Under the pieces are notes generated by a model, which was not told the DNA's origin, searched no databases, and saw nothing but the letters and a program-made list of their open reading frames with translations. Below are positions 23,235 through 32,000 of a stretch of 32,000 nt of DNA, piece by piece. The position numbers and the translations under genes are program-made. Positions within the stretch are counted from its first letter, which is position 1; every line of letters starts with the position of its first letter. The stretch comes from Mycobacterium tuberculosis H37Rv (GTDB lineage: Bacteria > Actinomycetota > Actinomycetes > Mycobacteriales > Mycobacteriaceae), in the NCBI RefSeq assembly GCF_000195955.2, contig NC_000962.3:2130001-2162000 (forward strand), in the 5' to 3' direction.

Positions 23235-23882
23235 TCAGGCTGACCTCCTGGTGGCTCGCATCCCGAGCACCGGCTGGGTACCGCGACCTTCGTCGAAGTC
23301 CGCCGCCCACGGCCAGCGACCACGCCGGTCGGCCCACACCAACTGCAAGGCCGTCACCTTGTCGCCAAAGATGGCGATCGCACAATACAAATGCGCGTCC
23401 GGATGTGTAACCTGGACCGTTTCGACAAGAGGGCCGGCTGGGAGGGTGGTCTGCATACCGGGAGTCAGCAAGTCACCGACCAGAGCCCTGCGAGCGGCGA
23501 TGTTCAACAACCGCTGCCCACGTCGTGGCGAGAGGCCAGTCACCACCAGTTCGGGCAAGCCGCGCCGGGTTAGACCAACCGTGTAGGCAAATGGCCGTCG
23601 CTCGCACTCCACGTGCTGTACCGCCCAGCCATGCATGAGCATTATCCCGTACACCTCGTCGAGGTACTCCTCGGCGGTGGCTTCCGGGTGATCGCACATC
23701 CAGCACATTTCGGCGCCCTTTCTCCTCATCCCCGTCTCGTCATCCCCGTCTCGTCGTGCCTGCGACCACCATGCACGCGGGGTCTGACAAATCGCGCCGG
23801 GCAAACACCAGCACCCCGCGAGCCGGTCAGCTCGCGGGGTGCTGCGGCGGGTTGTGGTTGATCGGCGGGCAGGGCCGATCAA
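23235..23882 (-). CDS. DUF4262-like protein (Rv1907c), annotated 215 aa; the conserved region begins at the Met at 23705
   Basis: MCWMCDHPEATAEEYLDEVYGIMLMHGWAVQHVE...FAYTVGLTRRGLPELVVTGL. Confidence 0.8.
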   Translation of the reverse strand: MIGPARRSTTTRRSTPRADRLAGCWCLPGAICQTPRAWWSQARRDGDDETGMRRKGAEMCWMCDHPEATAEEYLDEVYGIMLMHGWAVQHVECERRPFAYTVGLTRRGLPELVVTGLSPRRGQRLLNIAARRALVGDLLTPGMQTTLPAGPLVETVQVTHPDAHLYCAIAIFGDKVTALQLVWADRRGRWPWAADFDEGRGTQPVLGMRATRRSA

Positions 23883-23888
23883 CCCGAA

Positions 23889-26592
<2,704 letters not shown>

Positions 26593-26629
26593 ACTAGACA
26601 ATATGACTCCCTTTTCTGGAATCAGTCAA
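26593..26629 (-). promoter_or_regulatory. Candidate furA-katG promoter
   Basis: On the minus strand, TTGACT (26629-26624), 20-nt spacer, TATTGT (26603-26598), then 5 nt to the GTG start; consistent with a leaderless transcript. Spacer is longer than ideal. Confidence 0.5.
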
Positions 26630-26705
26630 GACTTTGGCTAGCGTGACAGGCGTCTGCTAGGACCCGATCGCCCCGGGGCCGCTGGATCGTGGGATGGCGG
26701 GTGGA

Positions 26706-27299
26706 TCAGCCTTCGTATGTTCCGATGAGCCGGGCCTGCATGGTGGCGGCCTGCGCGATCACCCGCGCCGCTTGTGTCCCAGCCAGTCCCGCGAGTGGAG
26801 GCACGGCAGGAAGGTGGTAGAGGGTAAACCGGTAGTGGTGTGTCCCGGTGCCCGCCGGCGGGCAGGGGCCGGTGTATGCGGGCTGACCGCTGGAGTTCGG
26901 CAGGCTGATTCCGCCACCGGGAGTCTCACCATCGGCGGTGCTGCCAGCACCAGGGGCGATCCCGATCACGATCCAATGGACGTAAGGTTCGCGAGGTGCG
27001 TCCGGATCATCGACAACGAGTGCGCCGCCAAACGGCGCCGACCAGGTCAACGGAGGCGCGATATTGGCTCCTTTGCAGGTGTACTGTTCCGGGATCGGCG
27101 CACCGTCGGCGAATGCCGGACTGCTGATTGTCAGTACATCGCCGGTAGGCGTTTCGGGCATACTCCGACCGAGCGCTGCTGCTTTCGGCGCCAGCGGCGC
27201 CGCCTTTCGACTGTCACCGTTGCCACCGTAGGCAACTAGCGCCACGGGGAGCGCCAGCCCCAAGATGGCCAGTGCGAACCGGTGAAATGCGTGCGCCAC
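26706..27299 (-). CDS. PEBP/YbhB-family exported protein (Rv1910c), about 197 aa
   Basis: [29 protein letters not shown]...[13 protein letters not shown]; tandem paralogue of LppC. Confidence 0.9.
   Translation of the reverse strand: MAHAFHRFALAILGLALPVALVAYGGNGDSRKAAPLAPKAAALGRSMPETPTGDVLTISSPAFADGAPIPEQYTCKGANIAPPLTWSAPFGGALVVDDPDAPREPYVHWIVIGIAPGAGSTADGETPGGGISLPNSSGQPAYTGPCPPAGTGTHHYRFTLYHLPAVPPLAGLAGTQAARVIAQAATMQARLIGTYEG
26807..26864. repeat. 58-bp perfect direct repeat, copy 1 (in Rv1910c)
   Basis: caggaaggtggtagagggtaaaccggtagtggtgtgtcccggtgcccgccggcgggca, identical to 27486..27543. Confidence 0.9.
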
Positions 27300-27381
27300 T
27301 GTCGATTCCATATTGATCATTGTCGCCAGGCGCAATTGGAGAAGCCAGGGTTTCGACCACCTCGCCAGGGATGCCGCGGCG

Positions 27382-27987
27382 TCAGCCTTCGAATGTGCCG
27401 ACGAGCCGGGCCTGTCCGCTGGCGGCCTGTGCTATCGCCTGTGCCGCTTGGACTCCCGTGGCTCCCGGTGGCAGCTGGAGCGCGACAGGAAGGTGGTAGA
27501 GGGTAAACCGGTAGTGGTGTGTCCCGGTGCCCGCCGGCGGGCATGGACCGAAGTATCCTTGCCGACCACCAGAATTCGGCACGCTGTGCCCACCAGCAGG
27601 AGTCTGACCATCCGCCGTGCTGCCAGAGCCAGGGGCGATTCCGGTCACGATCCAGTGCACGTACAGTCCGCCGACCGCGTCGGGGTCATCGACGACGAGT
27701 GCCAGTTCGGCTGCGCCCGCGGGCGACGACCACGTCAACGGTGGCGCCACGTTGGCCCCCTTGCAGCTGAATTGCACCGGGATCGGGGCGCCGTCGGCGA
27801 ACATGGGACTGGCGATCGTCAGTGGCTCGGCGGCCGGCGCCGGCGTTGTTGCGTCGACGGTCGTCGCTTTCGGCACGTATGGCGGTGTCTCTCGACTGTC
27901 ACCGCCCCCGCCCCCGCAGCCACCCAGCGCCACTACGAGCGCCAGCCCCGCGGTGGCTAATGGGGTTCGGTGAAGTGTGCTCGTCAT
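27382..27987 (-). CDS. lppC: Lipoprotein LppC, PEBP/YbhB family (Rv1911c), 201 aa
   Basis: Signal [19 protein letters not shown] with Cys; [27 protein letters not shown]. Confidence 0.93.
27486..27543. repeat. 58-bp perfect direct repeat, copy 2 (in lppC)
   Basis: Identical to 26807..26864, offset 679 bp. Confidence 0.9.
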
Positions 27988-28086
27988 TGGAGATTCCATA
28001 GCACATTGTTACTAACTGGGATTCGAGAGTACAGCTGTTTTGCGGCCGCGCTTACCAGACAGCCGGGCCCCGGGCCACCCATCGCC

Positions 28087-29091
28087 TCACGGTACCAGCA
28101 CCACCTTGTCGACGTTCTCCCGTGCGGCCAGAATCCGATGTGCTTCAGGAGCTTCGGCGAACGGCACGATTGCATGAACGATCGGCAGGATCGTTCCGTC
28201 GTTGAGCGCCTTGGTCAGCGGCGCGATCCAGGGTTCAAGGGTGCGGCGATCGTCCCACAACCGCAGCATGTTAAGACCGATCACGGTTTTCGACTCCTCG
28301 AGTTGTTTCATCAGGTTAAAGCCGCGCAGCATTGACAACGCGTGGGGCGCCACCCTGCGCATCGATCGTTTCTCGCCGTGCTGCATATTCGAAATCCCGT
28401 AGCCAACCAGCCTTCCACCCGGGCGCAGCAGAGTGTAGGACCGCCGCAGCGAGGTGCCGCCGAGCGCGTCAAGCACGACGTCATACGGGCCCAATCCCTG
28501 CCACCAGCCGTCCCGGCGGTAGTCGATCGCGCGGTCCACACCGAACTCGGCCAGCTTCTGATGTTTTTGGGGTGATGCGGTGCCGTGCACTTCGGCCTTG
28601 GCTGCTTTCGCGAATTGGACCGCCGCGATGCCGACTCCACCGGCCGCGGCGTGAATCAGCACCCGCTCACCGGCGCGCAACGATCCGTAGCCGTGCAGCG
28701 CCGCCCAGGCGGTCGCGTAATTCACCGGGACCGCGGCACCCTGTTCGAAGCTCAGCGCATCGGGGAGCACAACCGAGTCGGTGGCCGCAACGTTGACGAT
28801 CTCGCAGTAGCCACCAAATCGTGTACCGGCCAGGACTCGTTCGCCGACCCGGTTCGGGTCGACCCCATCACCGACAGCCTCGACCGTCCCAGCGACTTCG
28901 TATCCGACCACCGCCGGAAGTTTCGGCGCGTCTGGGTACAGGCCGACGCGGGCGAGATGGTCAGCGAAGTTCACCCCTGCTGCGCGGACGGCGACCCGCA
29001 GCTGGCCCGGGCCCGGTGGCGGCGGGTCCGGTCGCTGCCGCACCTGCAAGACCGATGGGTCGCCATGTTTGGTGATGACCACTGCTCGCAT
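28087..29091 (-). CDS. fadB5: Quinone oxidoreductase / zinc-type dehydrogenase-like FadB5 (Rv1912c), 334 aa
   Basis: MRAVVITKHGDPSVLQVRQRPDPPPPGPGQL...GVNFADHLARVGLYP...VLIHAAAGGVGIAAVQFAK. Confidence 0.93.
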   Translation of the reverse strand: MRAVVITKHGDPSVLQVRQRPDPPPPGPGQLRVAVRAAGVNFADHLARVGLYPDAPKLPAVVGYEVAGTVEAVGDGVDPNRVGERVLAGTRFGGYCEIVNVAATDSVVLPDALSFEQGAAVPVNYATAWAALHGYGSLRAGERVLIHAAAGGVGIAAVQFAKAAKAEVHGTASPQKHQKLAEFGVDRAIDYRRDGWWQGLGPYDVVLDALGGTSLRRSYTLLRPGGRLVGYGISNMQHGEKRSMRRVAPHALSMLRGFNLMKQLEESKTVIGLNMLRLWDDRRTLEPWIAPLTKALNDGTILPIVHAIVPFAEAPEAHRILAARENVDKVVLVP

Positions 29092-29141
29092 AATGTTCTC
29101 CTTGTCAGGCTTGACGGGTCGCACCCGCGAACACCCCTCTG

Positions 29142-29159
29142 TGATAGCACGAGTTATCA
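29142..29159. promoter_or_regulatory. Candidate operator in the divergent fadB5 / Rv1913 intergenic region
   Basis: TGATAGCACGAGTTATCA, 7 of 9 base pairs symmetric. Confidence 0.35.
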
Positions 29160-29190
29160 GGAGGTTCGGCGGGGCGTTACCTTTGCGGTT

Positions 29191-29943
29191 GTGCACTTCG
29201 ACTGGGAGCGCCTGACCGACAGCGTGCATCGCTGCCGGCTGCCGTTCTGTGACGTCACCGTTGGGCTGGTCCGGGGCCGCACCGGAATACTGCTCGTCGA
29301 CACCGGGACCACCCTCGGCGAAGCAACAGCAATCGCGGCCGACGTCAAGCAGATCGCTGGTTGCCAGGTAACGCATGTTGTGTTGACACACAAGCATTTC
29401 GACCATGTGCTGGGTTCCTCGGTGTTCGACCAAGCGGAGGTGTTCTGCGCTCCCGAGGTCGTCGAATACCTACGGTCGGCTACCGACCGGCTCCGCGAAG
29501 ATGCCCTGAGCTACGGCGCGGACACAGCTGAGGTTGACCGCGCGATCGCGGCCCTGAAACCACCTCAGCACGGGATCTACGATGCAGCCGTCGATCTCGG
29601 GGACCGCACCGTCACCATCACTCACCCCGGCAGCGGCCACACCACAGCAGATCTCGTCGTGGTGGCGCCGGCCACCGGCCATGCAGACGGCCCAACGGTG
29701 GTCTTCACGGGTGATCTTGTCGAGGAGTCAGCCGATCCTGATATCGACGCCGATTCCGACCTGGCGGCCTGGCCGGCAACGCTTGATCGGGTACTTGCGA
29801 TCGGCGGCCCTGACGCCAGCTACGTCCCGGGGCACGGGAAGGTCGTCGATGCGCAGTTTGTCCGTCGCCAGCGCGCCTGGTTGCGAACACGTGCGAGCCG
29901 CCAGCCTCGTGAAACGCCAGCTACTTTGCCGTGCAAGCGGTGA
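29191..29943 (+). CDS. Metallo-beta-lactamase superfamily protein (Rv1913), 250 aa from GTG
   Basis: VVLTHKHFDHVLGSSVF (HxHxDH-like: HKHFDH), HPGSGHTTADLVV, VFTGDLVEE. Confidence 0.93.
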   Translation: MHFDWERLTDSVHRCRLPFCDVTVGLVRGRTGILLVDTGTTLGEATAIAADVKQIAGCQVTHVVLTHKHFDHVLGSSVFDQAEVFCAPEVVEYLRSATDRLREDALSYGADTAEVDRAIAALKPPQHGIYDAAVDLGDRTVTITHPGSGHTTADLVVVAPATGHADGPTVVFTGDLVEESADPDIDADSDLAAWPATLDRVLAIGGPDASYVPGHGKVVDAQFVRRQRAWLRTRASRQPRETPATLPCKR

Positions 29944-30328
29944 CGAGCGCATCCGGGTCGGTAACGCTGACCCACAATTCGCGCACCGTCATCGACTTCT
30001 TCCACATCTTTGCCTGTTCGGGCGGATCGATCGTCAGTGCCACCAGGCCCTTACGTGACCCGTTGACCAGCCAGCGGCCGAATCCAAAGTGCACCCCGGC
30101 TGCGTAGACCCTTGCGTTGGTCGCCTCTGCCTTCGTGATCGACGTCAACGGGATGTCGGCGGCAAATGCCCATCCCATCTTGACGTGCAGGCTCCCCGCC
30201 CCAACCCATAGCTCGCTGTTCTTGGGGCCGAGCCCGAGCGGCACCGCAAGCGGGAGAAACCAACGGTCAAAGCGCAACTGGGTCGGCACCAAGATGACCC
30301 TACCGGTGCTAGTGCGGCTCAGTACCAT
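29921..30328 (-). CDS. Conserved hypothetical protein, PH-like fold plausible (Rv1914c), 135 aa
   Basis: ORF supported by coding character: VLSRTSTGRVILVPTQLRFDRWFLPLAVPLGLGPKNSELWVGAGSLHVKMGWAFAADIPLTSI. Confidence 0.75.
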   Translation of the reverse strand: MVLSRTSTGRVILVPTQLRFDRWFLPLAVPLGLGPKNSELWVGAGSLHVKMGWAFAADIPLTSITKAEATNARVYAAGVHFGFGRWLVNGSRKGLVALTIDPPEQAKMWKKSMTVRELWVSVTDPDALVTACTAK

Positions 30329-30462
30329 GTAGGAGTTAGTCTCGAACCGCCCCAGTGGCGTTGCGGAATTTGCGAGCCGTCATCGGTCAGTGATCTAGGT
30401 CGCCCGTCCGGGGATACACTCGGTCCGTCAGGTGAATCGGGGCTGCAGAGGAGCGCAAGGCC

Positions 30463-31566
30463 ATGGCCATCGCCGAAACGGACACCGAGGTCCACACACC
30501 GTTCGAGCAGGACTTTGAGAAAGACGTAGCCGCCACTCAGCGATACTTCGACAGCTCGCGCTTTGCTGGGATCATTCGGCTCTACACCGCCCGCCAAGTC
30601 GTGGAACAGCGCGGCACGATCCCCGTCGACCACATCGTGGCGCGAGAGGCGGCGGGCGCCTTCTACGAGCGTCTGCGCGAACTCTTTGCAGCCCGCAAGA
30701 GCATCACGACGTTTGGCCCCTACTCGCCGGGGCAGGCGGTGAGCATGAAGCGGATGGGTATCGAGGCGATCTACCTCGGTGGTTGGGCTACCTCAGCTAA
30801 GGGCTCCAGCACCGAAGATCCGGGGCCCGACCTCGCCAGCTACCCGCTGAGCCAGGTGCCTGACGATGCCGCGGTGCTGGTGCGCGCCTTGCTCACCGCG
30901 GACCGCAACCAACACTATCTACGCCTGCAGATGAGCGAGCGACAGCGTGCGGCGACACCGGCTTACGACTTCCGCCCGTTTATCATCGCCGACGCCGGCA
31001 CCGGCCACGGCGGCGATCCGCACGTACGCAACCTGATCCGCCGCTTCGTCGAGGTCGGTGTGCCGGGCTACCACATCGAGGACCAACGACCCGGCACCAA
31101 GAAGTGCGGCCACCAGGGCGGCAAGGTCCTGGTGCCGTCCGACGAACAGATCAAGCGGCTCAACGCCGCCCGCTTCCAGCTCGACATCATGCGGGTGCCC
31201 GGCATCATCGTCGCACGCACCGACGCGGAGGCGGCCAACCTGATCGACAGTCGCGCCGACGAGCGTGACCAGCCGTTCCTTCTCGGCGCGACCAAGCTCG
31301 ACGTACCGTCCTACAAGTCCTGTTTCCTGGCAATGGTGCGGCGTTTTACGAACTGGGCGTCAAGGAGCTCAATGGTCATCTTCTCTATGCGCTTGGCGAC
31401 AGCGAGTACGCGGCGGCCGGCGGTTGGCTTGAGCGCCAAGGCATTTTCGGCTTGGTCTCCGACGCGGTCAACGCGTGGCGGGAGGACGGCCAGCAGTCGA
31501 TCGACGGCATTTTCGACCAGGTCGAGTCGCGGTTCGTGGCGGCCTGGGAGGACGACGCGGGCCTGA
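30463..31566 (+). CDS. aceAa: Isocitrate lyase ICL2, N-terminal fragment AceAa (Rv1915), 367 aa
   Basis: [17 protein letters not shown] catalytic motif; homology to ICL stops after VRRF because of a frameshift. Confidence 0.96.
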
Positions 31567-32000
31567 TGACCTACGGAGAGGCCGTGGCGGACGTGCTCGA
31601 ATTCGGTCAGAGCGAGGGCGAACCCATTGGCATGGCTCCCGAGGAGTGGCGGGCGTTCGCCGCGCGTGCATCGCTGCATGCCGCCCGGGCAAAGGCCAAG
31701 GAGCTGGGCGCCGATCCGCCATGGGACTGCGAGCTGGCCAAGACCCCGGAGGGCTACTACCAGATCCGCGGCGGCATACCGTATGCGATCGCCAAATCGC
31801 TGGCCGCGGCACCGTTTGCCGACATTCTTTGGATGGAGACCAAGACCGCCGATCTCGCCGACGCTCGACAGTTCGCCGAGGCGATCCATGCCGAGTTCCC
31901 CGACCAGATGCTGGCGTACAACCTCTCACCATCGTTCAACTGGGACACCACCGGCATGACCGACGAGGAGATGCGGCGCTTCCCCGAGGAGCTCGGCAAA
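31566..32000 (+). CDS. aceAb: Isocitrate lyase ICL2, C-terminal fragment AceAb (Rv1916), truncated by the window end
   Basis: [20 protein letters not shown]...[44 protein letters not shown]; the ATG at 31566 overlaps the aceAa TGA. Confidence 0.93.
   Translation, partial: MTYGEAVADVLEFGQSEGEPIGMAPEEWRAFAARASLHAARAKAKELGADPPWDCELAKTPEGYYQIRGGIPYAIAKSLAAAPFADILWMETKTADLADARQFAEAIHAEFPDQMLAYNLSPSFNWDTTGMTDEEMRRFPEELGK

Noticed and set aside
28585-29943. Rv1913 as a 452-aa protein
   Set aside because: The first 200 residues are antisense to fadB5 and have no family similarity; the metallo-beta-lactamase fold starts near the GTG at 29191.

Overview
This window matches a chromosomal segment of Mycobacterium tuberculosis (H37Rv-like), running from the 3' end of Rv1879 through aceAb/Rv1916. 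I recognised it from the protein sequences and gene order; no database search was run. Locus tags and annotated protein lengths are from memory. Well-known members are cyp140, lppE, rpfC, the secreted chorismate mutase, fbpB (Ag85B), lipJ, cinA, nanT, aao, katG-furA, lppC, fadB5 and the split isocitrate lyase aceAa/aceAb. I found no CRISPR array, tRNA, rRNA, prophage or defence island, and no clear new multi-gene system. The points worth a second look are: (1) a 25-triplet uninterrupted Gly-X-Y (collagen-like) ORF antisense to the low-complexity N-terminus of lppD, whose macro domain may start much later; (2) a multi-lesion SAM-methyltransferase pseudogene covering Rv1889c and Rv1888A plus an unannotated frameshifted tail; (3) a frameshifted second DUF4389-like repeat at the end of Rv1888c; (4) a degraded DDE-transposase C-terminus between Rv1894c and Rv1895; (5) loss of the lipobox cysteine in Rv1910c next to its paralogue lppC, with a 58-bp perfect repeat shared by the two genes; (6) a 19-bp imperfect inverted repeat at the cinA/nanT convergent junction; (7) the aceA frameshift; (8) a probable 3' run-on of Rv1895 antisense to Rv1896c.
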